A stretch of 64,000 bases of DNA from positions 124,001 through 188,000 of the forward strand of contig QPGO01000055.1 in the NCBI GenBank assembly GCA_008632985.1, read 5' to 3'. The DNA is from Psammoneis japonica. Lineage: Eukaryota. The position numbers were made by a program, and so were the translations under genes. How positions within the stretch are numbered: the stretch's first letter is position 1; every line of letters starts with the position of its first letter. Positions 49,348 to 62,100 of this stretch are shown here, piece after piece. The notes under the pieces are model-generated. The model was not told the origin of the DNA and searched no databases. It saw only the letters and a program-made list of their open reading frames with translations.

Positions 49348-50541
49348 TCACTCTACTTTCGGCCAAATAATGTCGTATGCAACAATAAGAGAACGATCCA
49401 TACCGTTAGCAGCTTCTACGCAGCCCTTCGCGTATTCCCAAATAGAGTCAATGTCAGTGAACTGAAAACAGCTCATGGCAATCCGAAGGGTGGGTGACAG
49501 CATCTGATTCCCACCTTCCAAGCTCTCAAGTAGTTGCTGTGAGGTCGCCGGCAGTTTTTCTCCCGTACAAATCATGTATAGGGAAGATGCCAAACATGTC
49601 AAGTCAAATTTAAGAGATCCTTCCTGTGGACATTCCAGACCAAATCCCGGACTTACTGACACCAGGCCTTCTCCGTATTCGACGGCCGATCCGAAGTCAA
49701 TAGTAACGACGATTTTGTCACTTTTTGCGGTAAGCATCATGTTCCCCGGCTTTATGTCGCCGTGGCAAAGACCTTCTCTATGGAAGGCCTTAATTGTCGC
49801 AAGCCCACACAAGGCCACGTTGACACACCCTTCTTCATGCAAATTCCCGTTTGCAAACGGAGACAATGGAATTGGGTAGTACGGTGTAACCATTGCAACA
49901 CGTCGCGGTTCTCCGGGCAAGTAAATCAGGTCCAGAACAGGCATCACCGTTGGGCAAGTTTGATTAGCATGGATTCGAGTTGCAAGATTGTACTCCCGCT
50001 GCAGATCACCAGTTTCCCGCATGGTTTTCGCACAGAACAGCGAGGATCCTCTTACAGCAAACTGTACTTCAGTTCCGACGTTTCCGAATGCTCCAGGCAC
50101 CGGGCCGTCAAATAGATACTGTCCCCTGACCGCCAACCTCGTCTGTGTCTTGATGCACACACTGAGGCGAATCCACAAACGATCCACCAATCGCGATCTC
50201 TCCCGTCGATCTGTTTTGCTTAGGATGTCGTCGATGAGCTTAGAATAATTCACCAAGGCATACTCTATTTCTGAATCGGTTAGTGGCCCGCCCTTGGCCC
50301 TCTCAAGAAGATCTGTGATACCAGGTTGCTGCTGCTGCTGCTGCAGACCAGTCTCTCGAAGACGTCGAATGTACGCTTTAAGCCGTAATTGGGCATCAAT
50401 TTTCTTCACGTCCAAGGCACCGTAAATGAAACCCATGGCCTCTTTGTCGTCAGGGTCGCACTCTCTCAAAGGGATCCCTTTTTTTCCATCGTGCGCAGCC
50501 GCCGCTGCTTCCCACGCTTTCTCCTCATCTGTTGTCTGCAT
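49348..50541 (-). CDS. Ser/Thr protein kinase-like protein
   Basis: FCAK, HGDIKPGNMM and IDFGSA; intact 397-aa ORF. Confidence 0.85.
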   Translation of the reverse strand: MQTTDEEKAWEAAAAAHDGKKGIPLRECDPDDKEAMGFIYGALDVKKIDAQLRLKAYIRRLRETGLQQQQQQPGITDLLERAKGGPLTDSEIEYALVNYSKLIDDILSKTDRRERSRLVDRLWIRLSVCIKTQTRLAVRGQYLFDGPVPGAFGNVGTEVQFAVRGSSLFCAKTMRETGDLQREYNLATRIHANQTCPTVMPVLDLIYLPGEPRRVAMVTPYYPIPLSPFANGNLHEEGCVNVALCGLATIKAFHREGLCHGDIKPGNMMLTAKSDKIVVTIDFGSAVEYGEGLVSVSPGFGLECPQEGSLKFDLTCLASSLYMICTGEKLPATSQQLLESLEGGNQMLSPTLRIAMSCFQFTDIDSIWEYAKGCVEAANGMDRSLIVAYDIIWPKVE

Positions 50542-50919
50542 GTCTACTTTTTGTTTATAAATAAATGACTAAAATAAATGGAAAGGTTAATCGTTGTTCG
50601 TTTGTTTACTGTCTCGTTGTGGTTTCTGCCGTCGTCGTCGTCGGCAGCAGCGTAGGTCTACAGTATTGTTATTCCCTGCCTGCGCCTGAAGCATCCTCGA
50701 AATGATCTGTCCGTCACCCGTATCCTAACCCCCAATGGATCCAATCGACATCAATGATTGGGTCCTTCAACATGTTGGTCTCGATTCGCCTGTTCGAATT
50801 TGAATTGAACCAAGAACTGTGCCCGTGTGTTAAGCAAAGAGTTCTTAATCGATTAAGAATTAAGAACAATGAAAAAATTAAGCAAGAAATGCTCGATCGA
50901 TCAAGAATTAAGAACTCTG

Positions 50920-53250
50920 CACCAACAAGCCTCGTTCGCCCAATGCAGTCCTTCTCCCACCCCACCTTCACGCCTTTCCTGTGTGCTCCCACAGGTGCTG
51001 CCCCTGCTTCACTTCTCACCATCCCCCGATCCCTCTCCTTCCTGGCCCCAGTGTGGAAAACGCCTGGCGTGGTCATTTCTTGAGCTTCTGCGTGTGTTTT
51101 TTGTTCACGTGCGCCTTTTCGCGCTGCCTTTTGCGCAACCACAAAAACCTGCTGGATGGCACCATTGAATCGCTTCTTTTGGCCCTGCTGCAGCATGAAA
51201 CACCAATTTGATTCAATGGTGTGACAACACAGACACTCCAGTGCTGATTCCAAGTGCAAGCTGTCAACTCTCTGCAGACAGCACCTCACTTCTAAAACAG
51301 CGCCACTCTCCAGGTGCACCTCGGCATTGAACAGCACCCGACTCTGTTCCAGCTCTGCCATGAGACACACTTCAGCATCCTCACATGAGTGCCCCATGTT
51401 GCTCACCAACATTGAAAGCTCGCTCTCACTCAAAAAAATTGCCGGACAGCACCCATCCCCAATGACATCCGGCATCGGGTGTGGTGCCGCAGATTCTGTT
51501 CCACCGGATCAAGGTGCTCAATCACCTCCACTCCAGTGGGATTCTGCATCTCTTCCAAGTTGCAAACACACTGAAAAAACTTTTGAATTCCACAGCGAAG
51601 CAATTGCAAATCCTTTGCAAAATCATCCCTGCCATCATCACGCTGAAAAACAGCGCTCACCACTTGACTGTGGTGCACAAACGACCGGGCAATGGTCCTC
51701 TCGGGACACAACAGTGATTGCAAACACAATGAATGGATGCCCACAGTTGCCCCCCCTGCAAATGTCAACCACCATTTTCAAGCCCTTGGTCTTCAGTAAC
51801 CCTCTTGGCCATTGCTGGGAAGAAATGCGCATGCTCAACATTGGTGAGTGGGGAGTTTGGCGGTTGTGGCACAAGCTTGCTCCCAACCACAATGAGCGAA
51901 TTCATGATCACAAAGGTCAACAGAACCGAGTCAACATGTGGAGTTGTGTTGTCCCGCTGGAGCCAAAGATGCACTTGTTTTCCGGTGTTGTTTTCCGCCC
52001 TCTGAGCAACCACTTCCCATCTTTGCCAACAGAATGTTGTGGAAGTGACCCAACAGTGCAAACTTCGGATTTTGTTCCATCCCCAAATTTGATCCAGTGA
52101 CCTCCCAATTCTGAAAGCACTCCTTGCCTTTGCTGTGCAACACGTTCTCTGCAACCTTTGGACAATGGAATTTTCTGCCAGCCCTGCATGCATGGTGACA
52201 TGAGTTCTTCTTCATCTTCACCTTTCCACCAGCAACGCGCTCCAGCTCTGGGTGGGACCTTGCACTGCTGAACTGTGACATCGACAGTTTTTTGGATCAT
52301 GCCGCATGTCGTGCACACAGAAAGGTGCGTGATTTTTTTGAAATTTTGTGTCATTTTGTGGTGCACTCATTGAGCGATCCGTCCAACAACTTTTGACATT
52401 TTTTGTTGTAGCGCAATTCTGCAATGTCTTAAAAATTGCATGGGGCAGGTGCATTTGCAAAAAGGTCAAGTGGCAAGAGGCACAATTGCACCACAAACTT
52501 GGTCATTCATTTGATGTTGAAGACAAACACACATCCATCAATTGAATTCTTGTGCCACGGAGCTCGCACATGGAACATGGAATTCTGTGGGCCCAATGTC
52601 ACACAGAGTCCCACCCAGGACTGGAGCCCATCCGGCACGAGCACAGCCAACCTTGTGCGCAAGCCCCCCCTCTCTGAAAATCATTTTCAGCAGGTGCAAA
52701 AATGCTGCTGTGTTGCAAGTTCCAAGACCTTGTCAATTTGATTTTTGTGATGCATCGCCAAGAAGTGAAACCAGTTTTTGTCCACATGCAAAACAAGAAC
52801 TTGAGTCAGCAATGCCGCCATCTTGGCCCGCTGGATGCTTCTTCCTGCCACCACTCATCATCAACTGTTCTTTCACTTTTAGAAGAGCACTGGCAACACC
52901 TTCAGGAGGTCTTTGTGGTGTTTCCGTTGCTGTGCATTTCCACCACTGACGCTGTGGAGTCAAGCTTCTTTGTTGTGTTCCATCGTCAATGTGTGTGGCT
53001 GACGAGTTTCATTCTGTGATCGTCGATGAGCACTTGCAGCCAATGATGCAGGAGAGAGTCTCCTCAGAACAACATCAAAAGACTGAGTCTGTTGTTGGCT
53101 GCACATTGCACATGCGCTCGGCCATTGGAAGCACTGAAACCCATGACCACGACAAAGCCGATTCCGCCTTCACTGTCTAACTCGGGTCATCCCGTGCTGT
53201 GTGCGCCGGCGCCACCTGCACCAATGCACCAACTGAGTGGACGTTTGGAT
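50920..53250. other. TpA-depleted degenerate block 5
   Basis: Same TG/CA-rich, TpA-poor composition as blocks 1 and 4. Confidence 0.88.
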
Positions 53251-53799
53251 TTAGTGGAGGAGGGTCCATGGTGCAGAGGTGTCGTCATACGAAGCAGCAG
53301 TTGACGGCACGAGCGACATGTGCTGCAGCGGTTCCATGTTTTTTTTTTTTTTTTTTTTTTTTTATGGCGGGTCACGGGTCGTTGATGCTTTTCCCTCCGA
53401 GCCAATTTGCGTAGAAGCAGTGCTACGATACGGCCCAAAAATGTAACACGGTATTTCGTCGTGGACAAATGTCGCTTACCGGAGGAAGTGCTAGAGAGTT
53501 CATGCTCAATGCGGTGCTCTACACCGGTATGCTCAATGCTACATCGGAGTGAATTTGAAATTGATTGCACATTGGTCTTCCTAGACTCTCTACTAGAGAG
53601 GGATAGTGGATCCTCAATGCCACACGGTTGGTTTTTTGTACTGTAGGGCGACGACTCGCATGTCGCACTCAGTGTGCCTTCTACTAATGTAGCAGGTGGC
53701 AAAAGCATGACACTACAACTGACAACTGGTCTAAACACGCCATTAACTCGACTAGCCAAGTCATCTCAAAGTTCTGATCTCAGTACCTCCACTCTGGAA

Positions 53800-54468
53800 T
53801 TAACTTAGAGTGTCAATCATGGCAATCTTTCTGTCTTTAGTGCGTTGAAGGTATGACATGTCCTCCTTGACCTTGTCTACACACTTCTGGATTTCTCGCT
53901 CGTCTTTAGAAAGTTTCCCTAGACCCGATGACGTAGTGCTCTTGATTCCCTTCCCAAGCCCTCCAATCGCTCCGCCAATGGAACCGAGAGTACCTTTTCC
54001 TTTCTTTGTTTCCTGCGAAATCTTGTCGGAAATCGAACTGGACTCACTGATTGGTTCCCAAACATCCATGCCAAACTGTTCCTTGCGAATCTTTGCATTC
54101 CTATCTAAAAGGGCGATCTGAGCTTTTAATTTTGTTTCTTCTGATGAGTTCGACATCCACGTTCCAATGCCACCATTCACTGTACCCTCGCGACGAACCT
54201 GGAGTTTGTGTAATTCAGATTGCTTGATTGCTCTGTCACCATCGATCATCATCATGTCTTTTCTACATTCTTCCAGTGGAACTTTAATTTTCTCTTCAAT
54301 TCCCTTGAAAAGAGTGGGCGCTTTGATAAAATCGTTGCGGTGCTTGTCGTCGAGAGAGGAAATCAAGTCCCATAATTCGACTCCAAACTCCTTTTTGCGA
54401 GTCGTCATTTCGCGATCCAACAAGAGAATTTCGCCATTGAGCTTGGTCCTTTGTGCCCAAGCTGACAT
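53800..54468 (-). CDS. Hypothetical coiled-coil protein with internal duplication
   Basis: 222-aa ORF; the repeated motif TKL..I.LLDR....RK..FG...W occurs twice. Confidence 0.75.
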   Translation of the reverse strand: MSAWAQRTKLNGEILLLDREMTTRKKEFGVELWDLISSLDDKHRNDFIKAPTLFKGIEEKIKVPLEECRKDMMMIDGDRAIKQSELHKLQVRREGTVNGGIGTWMSNSSEETKLKAQIALLDRNAKIRKEQFGMDVWEPISESSSISDKISQETKKGKGTLGSIGGAIGGLGKGIKSTTSSGLGKLSKDEREIQKCVDKVKEDMSYLQRTKDRKIAMIDTLS

Positions 54469-54736
54469 TGTGAACAGACGTTAGTTTACCGGAGCACACA
54501 AAAGTCTAAGCGGTAGAAGATTCAAGATTGAAGATGGGCGTTGCCATTGTCAAGCGGGAAGCGGGCCCGCAAGCGAAGGAAGAAGGCGGCGACGAGCGAA
54601 GGACGGAAGGCAGACGATCATGTTCGGGCGGCGCAAAGACTGTTCCTCTCTAAAGTGTATGTTAGTTAGTTCCTTTGTTCGAAGGCAAGAGTTACTTCAA
54701 ACTACTGTATTAACTAACTCTCTCTTTCATACTTAT

Positions 54737-55629
54737 CTATTGAAACAGATAACCACTGACAGCATGGCTAACCCCTTCTTCTGCTAATGCGTCAGTCGAA
54801 TCGTAAATGAGAACAGGCGTAGATCCGTCACCTCCAGCTGCGGCCGCCATGACGAGTGGCAACATGTGTTCTTGTCTCGGATGGCACAGCTTTGCCCCAG
54901 GAGCCTTTTCCCAATCCTTTAATTTTTCGAGATAGTCGGCATCATTCAGAATGGTGCCTTTGAGCCACGTATTAAAAGCTAATGATGCAGCTAGAGTTTC
55001 AGAAGTGGGCCGAAAAAAGGCTTGCATGTTGTGAAACGAAAAGCCCGAGCCAAGAATCAAAATGTCGTCTTTACGAAGTGACTGCAACGCAGACCCGATA
55101 GCCATATTTGTTTTTGTGGATAGTGATGAATGTAACGATACACATACGACTGGAATATCGGCCTATTCAATTGTGCGAAAAAGCAGCGCAGAGACTAATA
55201 AGCGAGACTCGGTAGAAGCATGACCAAATCAAAGTAACAAAAGAGAGCACGCACCTCTGGATACATAATCATGAGCGGCACAAATACACCATGGTCATAT
55301 CCTCGCTTGGGATTTAATTCACTCTCGATTCCCTCGTCCTGAAGTAAGTCTAGAATACGTTGAGCCAAATCGGGTGATCCTGGCGCGGGATACTCGTACT
55401 TGTAAGTTTCCGGTGGGAACCCACTGTAATCAAAAAGCATGGACGGCTTTGGTGAAGAAGTAATGGATACCGGGTCGTTTTCCCAATGAGCACTCAAAAC
55501 TACAATTGCTTTTGGCTTCTCCGGTATGTACTTCTTGACAACCTCACGCATGTGAGACACGAGATGCATGGGTCTCCCCAAGAGTGGCAGTGGTCCGCCG
55601 CCGTGATTGATAAACACCGTAGGAAACAT
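54737..55629 (-). CDS. DODA-type extradiol ring-cleavage dioxygenase (LigB/YgiD family); exons 55629-55255 and 55162-54737
   Basis: Motifs FINHGGGP, SAHWE, YPAPGSP, RGYDHGVFVPL, ADIPVV, GSGFSFHN and HPRQEH; intron 55163-55254. Confidence 0.93.
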
Positions 55630-56132
55630 GAGGAATGATCACCGTCGTACTCAAGCTTGTTCCTGTTTCGAAACGAGCTAAATGAGTCAAATGAGGGTTG
55701 ACTTACACGGCAAGATCACCGTCAAGCCCATGACGGCTCTACCGTTATGGTGCGGATGATCTATGATCAACAGAGAACATCGGCGATGCTTGCAGTGATC
55801 GCGTGAGCAGGATCATCATCGCGTGATCCCAATCTCAAAATCCCATGCTTTGTTTGTTTGGGAGGGAGATTGTTCGTGCGAGCTCTTTTTTACTTGTAAA
55901 ATAAAAAGCAAAGTCGTTGTCTACTGTGTTCGTGACTGGCGGAGCGATCAAAAGCACGCGCCGGCTTCCGGCTTCGCAGATTTTCGCACGAACACCATGA
56001 CAACCGCATCAGAAATACGGTATGCAGCCCGGTTCCTAACCTTTCCTCGTCTCCCTATGCTGGCATTGGACGGCAGTCCATCCAATAAACTTATAGATTA
56101 GACGAAGAGTATATTTCAAACTTACCGGTACA

Positions 56133-59100
56133 ATGTTTGAGCGTTACTTGACAGACGCGCTGACAACACACTTTGGGCACTTTGTTCAGAACTTGGATTC
56201 TGAGAAGGTTCGGTTGTCTGCGTGGCACGGAGAATTGGTACTTGAAGACTTACTGCTTCGTCAGAATGCCTTGGACAGATTCATGGGAGGACAGGAATGC
56301 CCTGTTGAAATTGTTTGGGGTCGCATAGGTCACTTGGAAGCCCGCATACCGTGGAAACTGAGAAGTGCCAATGCTTCTTGGAGCACGAACTGCTCGGTTG
56401 TTTTGTCGAATGTAAATATTATTATTGCGCCTAAGCAACGAATGAAGGCTGAGTCGACCTCTGAATCAGAACCAAGAGCCTCCACTGAGACAACCGATAC
56501 TCCGAAGTTGTCACTCGAAGAGAAGAGACAGCGGAAAGAAGAACAAGTTCAGCAAGAACTGGACGCATCTCTTTTCCGCCAACGGATCGCAGGCTCAGAT
56601 AATAACGAAGCCACTCTCAGTCGAAGAGACCGTTGGATTCGATGGGCTCGGGCTTTTGTGACCAACTTGCTCTCTACTTTGAGCGTCACGGTTCGAGACA
56701 TTCACATTCGATATGAAGATCCAGGAACATGTCTCGGCTTTGTACCCAACGTCAACGGCCCCCATCGCCCTCCCTTTGCCGTGGGAGTTACACTCCGCCA
56801 GTTTGCTATCCAAACTGCAGCACAAGGTTCCAAGCCACATGAAATAAAGAGCGCTACAGATATTATTACTCCGTCAGAATCCAGAATGAGGCACAAAATC
56901 GTAGCTGCATACCAACTTGCGGTGTATTGGGACACTGGTTGTCAATTGGTAACTACCAACGCACACATAATCCATAAATTGAAGCAACGACTCGATGACG
57001 AAGAGACGTGGACAGAAGACAAGTACTACGCTACAGCTTTTGCTGTTTTGAATAATACCGGAGGCTACAGTTTTTTCCATCGCAAACGATACAGCCAGAA
57101 ACACTCGTACTTGCTCAACCCCGTATCACCGGCACTTCATATATCGCTTGCAGGCACTTCAGCACCAACCGACCCAAGTACAAGTCATATTTCGACCTCC
57201 CAACAAACAGAAAAAGAAAAAGAAACACCCGAGCCGGGAACTTCGCCACGTCCTTCAACTCTTGTCTTGATTGCCCCTCCCTGTCATTTTGTCATTGCTC
57301 GTAGTACGTTACAAGACATGGTCTACATTCGAAAGTCATTGAGTATATGGCGACAGTCGCAAAAGGCCAAGAGACACGAGTCCACGTTGAGGCGGTTGAC
57401 GCAATTGCGACCTTCCGTCTCGCCCAGAGGGAATCCCCAACTGTGGTGGCGGTATGCTGTGGAAGCTACCGTCCTCCTTACAAAACTTACCACGCAGCAC
57501 AGTGGTGAGGGACGAAGAAAAAGGGGGTGGCTGAGCTTGGCAGAAGCATTGCGAAAGCGGCGCGCATATGTCGGATACTACCGTCAAATCTTGTCGGAAT
57601 CATCCAATACAGACGAGAAGCAAATTGCTCACGAAGCACTCTTGAAATGGAAGACGATTTGCTACTGTCAGAAATTGTGGCATTTAGGATTGCCGTGCAT
57701 TCAACCCATACCAACACTGAAGTAGCGTCAAATCGGGAGAAGGTAGTTCAGACACTGGTGCGGGAGGTGGTTCCGAGAAAAGAGACAGCGGCGTAGCACA
57801 GAAGGGTGGCCCGCTTTCGTGGGAACACAGAATTGCAATGTACACGGAAATGAAAGAATTTTTGGATGAAGAGAAGGACAGAGAAAAAAGTAGCATGGAC
57901 GTTTCTTTCCATGCGGAAACCGAGAGCACATTACGTAGTCACGGTGCGAATCAGTGTCCCATTCTATGGCAAGCTTCATTTGATTTTCCTGAACTCGCGC
58001 TTCAAGTGAATGACCAGCTTGTAACGAGTGACAGTATGCCTTTAGGAAAAGGAAGCGCATTTCCTCTGGAGGCGACACCCATTGTGCGGCTTTCCTGCGC
58101 GTCCGGCCAAAGGTTTCTTTATCGTCGTAGGGGGTCTTGGGAATTCGAGTGCTCCGTAGCGTCGCTTGAGTTGAAAGAGCTTTCTGTTGAATCTGGCTAC
58201 ATATTTCATAATCTGATTGGAGCCAAGTCAAATGAGCGAGACACTGACAAACCTTCGGTGATTCAAATAGGCGGTGCATCCCATCGCCATTGTGCAAGCG
58301 TCGTTGTCAAAAGATCCATTTATGATGATGGTGCCGATTGTTTGGACGCCGATTACCCTTTGGGTGGATTGGTACAGTGACGCAGACCGAGGTTCGGGTT
58401 TCCTCTCTTGAGATTGTCTATGCCACAAAGCCTGTCGAAGCGTTGGTAAGGGTGTTCTCCGAAGTGAATTGCCCAGAGACTGTCGATGACTATTATCGAA
58501 TGACTTCTGTTTTGCTCGATTGGCGGCGACGGCAACAGAAGAGACTATTGAATGCGCTGGCGCATCGACGCAAGAAAATATTGGTTGACATTGATGTCGT
58601 TGCTCCAGTGATACTAGTTCCTGAGGTCCTGAATAAGAGGGGTTGTTCACTTCTGACCATTGACCTAGGCCGGCTACAGTTTAGAAGTCTACCTAATGTA
58701 GAGAGTTGCACTCCTACATCTGATACTTGGGGGTTGCATCTAAGTGACTTGCAAGTCTTGTGCTCATCCACTTCAATGTATGAGCATGAGGCACCCTCAA
58801 CGGCTTCAAAAGAAGAAAAACAGGAAGCTCAGCTTACTCATCGGTACAACAGATGGTGGAACCCTTTTCTCTAGATTTCAACATTTCGACAAAGCTTGGG
58901 AAAGACGGCAGTGCGGATGAAAAGTTGCAAATACGCATATCGGCGACGTTGCCACGTCTCGTTTTCAATTTGACGACCTCGGCAGTCCGCCTGGTACTCC
59001 GCTTACAACTTCAGTGGGCCAAACGAAGGGCTCAGGCATCGATTGCTGGGGCAGGCACGTCACCTCCGCCACGGCATACTTTCTCGACGGCGACTGCTTA

Positions 59101-62100
59101 TGAAGTCCCAAATACGGCTGATGGAGTAGATCGCGGCGTAGAATTCTGCTTTTCCGCTCCTTTGATTGTTTTCAAAATGGAGAATGATGTCGACGGACGG
59201 CGCTGGCGACTAGCAACTTGGAGACAGCACCTCCTACACGCAATCACGCCGTCCCTCTTGTCCATCTTGCATTTAGGGGCATTCGTGGTTCTTTTCTTCA
59301 AGTAATATCTCGCGACAAAGAGAAACAAACACGATTGAGGCCACGCTGCGGTCTGTTGATGCCGTGGATTTATATCAGACGGCTGGATGTGATTTTGCGC
59401 TTCTACTATCATCCACACCACCAGATACTCTCTACAATGCGCTCTTGGAGATGGAAGCTGGCTCGTGGGAACGTTTCTATGACCTCTACGACGTCGAAAT
59501 TGTTGAAGATCTCGTTTCGGTTCATTGCAGAAGCTGGGGAAATGTGCCGTCTTCCGTTGACAAATGCCGAGCACCAACTACAATGCGATTCGTTTTCACG
59601 AGCTTTACATGGAGTGGAATCCAGAGACATTAGCGGCCGTTCAGAAATCCTTGAGGCTACCACCAGTTGCTGAATACTGTGAAACTCAGGAAGAGATTAG
59701 TGTGTCACAAGAGGAGTTTTTCGACGCTGTCGAGGATTGTGCAGATGAAGACTCCTTCGGCGACAGCGAAGCTTTTTGATATCTGAAGTTTCTACTTCAG
59801 GACTGTCGTCATACTCTGAAGACGAGCCTACTTCCCCATTCAGAGCGATGCCAACTGTATCGTCGTTATGGAGTCCTTGTCCTGCTTCGATCCCCTCTCT
59901 TTCTCACTTCTCACCGTTGCAGCTAGGTGATGAGCAATTATATGCATCACAATTCAATCGTGGATGCAATTTAAGGAGCAATTAGAGGTGTCATTAGTCT
60001 CTCAAAGCTTCGAATAAATTTCAATAAGGAATCTCGTCACCGGCGGCTATTGATAGCAGAAATGGACGGTACCGATGTCCGCTATCATAAATTCTAGTCA
60101 CGCGGGTCGAAGGCACTCGCAAAGATTGACAATCTCACTTTTTCCGACCCAAGTGCCATTGAGGGTAGCTCGCTTTACAAGCAGATTCTTGGGTTGAAGC
60201 TAGAACCTTCAGCATCAGGAAAGCCAACATCTCTCCTAGAAATGGAGTTTGAGCTACGGCCACGTAGGAGGAAGCGTTTATGCTTCAATGCGGAATACGA
60301 CGCCGGAGAAGGACCGAAGCAGAATGAAGAATGCGTCATTGTTGATGCGGAAAAAGGCCTCCTGTTTGGCTCTGATAATATCATCACGTTGAAATTGAGT
60401 CCTATGAGGTTCGTCGTCCTTGAACAGTTGTGGCTTGAGGTGATCGATTACTTCTTTGTTGGTGTTTTAGGTGATGCAGTCTGGGGTAGAAACTTGGGGT
60501 TAAAAGAATGATCAAAACAACGAACGATCAAGACTCGATTGGACCTTTCGACCCCCCTAGTGATCTCCTCGGCGCGGATGCCTCGAGCTTCGTCGTCACT
60601 AGGTTTGAGGTTCACATGGATTCACCTACGGTGCTTCTGCCGGTATCGTATCGATCTCCTCAGTATTTGCGGTTAGAGTTTTCGAAAGCTGTGTATTCAA
60701 ATCGCTATTCCGGTTGCGTGGAAGAAAACCCGGACCCGAGAATGCAGTGGTACAACAACGGCATTTTGTCTCTTCGGGATGTTAAGCTAGTAGCTGGTGC
60801 GGGACCGAATTAAGCCGCCCACATGATGCTTCGAGCTCCTCAGGCCAGATGACGTCTTCCAACACCATCAACGCAACCGTAATATCAAGTGGCCACTGGG
60901 TCCAACTGCACCTCAAGTGCTCCCCAAATGGAATGTGACATGCGACGTTGACGACCTGGACATTATTCTACGCAAGGTCGATTACGCATTATTCCAGAAT
61001 ATCGTAAGCCGCAACATCGGTGAACCGCCTCGACACTTAAAAGAATGGAACACACTTCAAAATCTCCCCGTACTGAATTGAACGAGTACAAGGAGAGAAT
61101 CATCGTTCACTTTGGGTATGATAAGAAGGATTCATTACCAACAACTTACGCCATTACGATTGACGTGGGTGTTGTCCGATGCTTTTTGTCAGAGAAATCA
61201 GAATCCTCTTCTTGGGATTCGAACTTGGTTTTAGAGGCTACATGCTCTGAACTAAGATTTCTCATGAAGAAGCACAAAGACAGGATTTCAAGGCAAAAGA
61301 TAGTATGCGACATTGTGCTGCGAAAACCAGAAACCCATGGTATTGTTGAAATCTTCATTCCACGAGAGTAGCGATATCCCAGAACTATGCTATACTTCGA
61401 CCACGAGTCCGTCGAGCGATAATGTGAAGACGCTGAAAGTCAATGGCGCTTGCATCTTTGCTATACCTTCTGCGTGGGGTAAAGTCCAAAACTTCTTTCG
61501 AAATGTACCGGCGCCGAAAATTCTGTCCCGGGAAGGCATCATGTCATCCATCCAAATTGGAGATCGGTGGTATCGCATGGGTACGGAACGAGATGATGAA
61601 GTGCAGGAAGATATATCGGCGGAAAACGAAAATCAATTTTCCATTTCAGGAAAGCGTGCGTCTTTTCAGTTTCATTTGATTCTGAAATCGCCTCGAATAA
61701 TATGTGGTGCGGATCCCGAATTGTCACGGGATGTGAATGTTAAAAGCTCAAGCGTGATTCTTTCTTTGTCCCATCTCGAATTTCTGCGTGTGAACGACTG
61801 CTTTAATGGCAAGCTACGAAGGTCCATACTTGTTCACGATCTCGAATTGTACACGGCTGCAAAACAAGCCCCCTTTGAAAGTACGGAGGCATCTCTCATT
61901 CGACCGTGGTGTATTGCGGCGTTGGACGAAGGTGGAAACTCATCATGCGAGGAACACAAAATTACAATATGCGCCGATAGTCTTCGATCGCGGGTGGCTT
62001 ATTCAGATGTGAGTACTGCTTTCGATGTATTCCGTCAATTTGCGGATGACCTCAGGGCTTTCCGAAAGGAACATCATATATCAGCATCGTCGGATCCATC

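Noticed and set aside
49348..50541. Kinase (or any other gene in the window) as the effector of the hypermutation
   Set aside because: No deaminase HxE/PCxxC or methyltransferase motifs were seen in any intact gene here, and proximity alone is not evidence.
53339..53363. 25-nt poly-T as a retroposon poly(A) tail
   Set aside because: No TSD and no recognisable LINE/SINE body adjacent; treated as a simple homopolymer.
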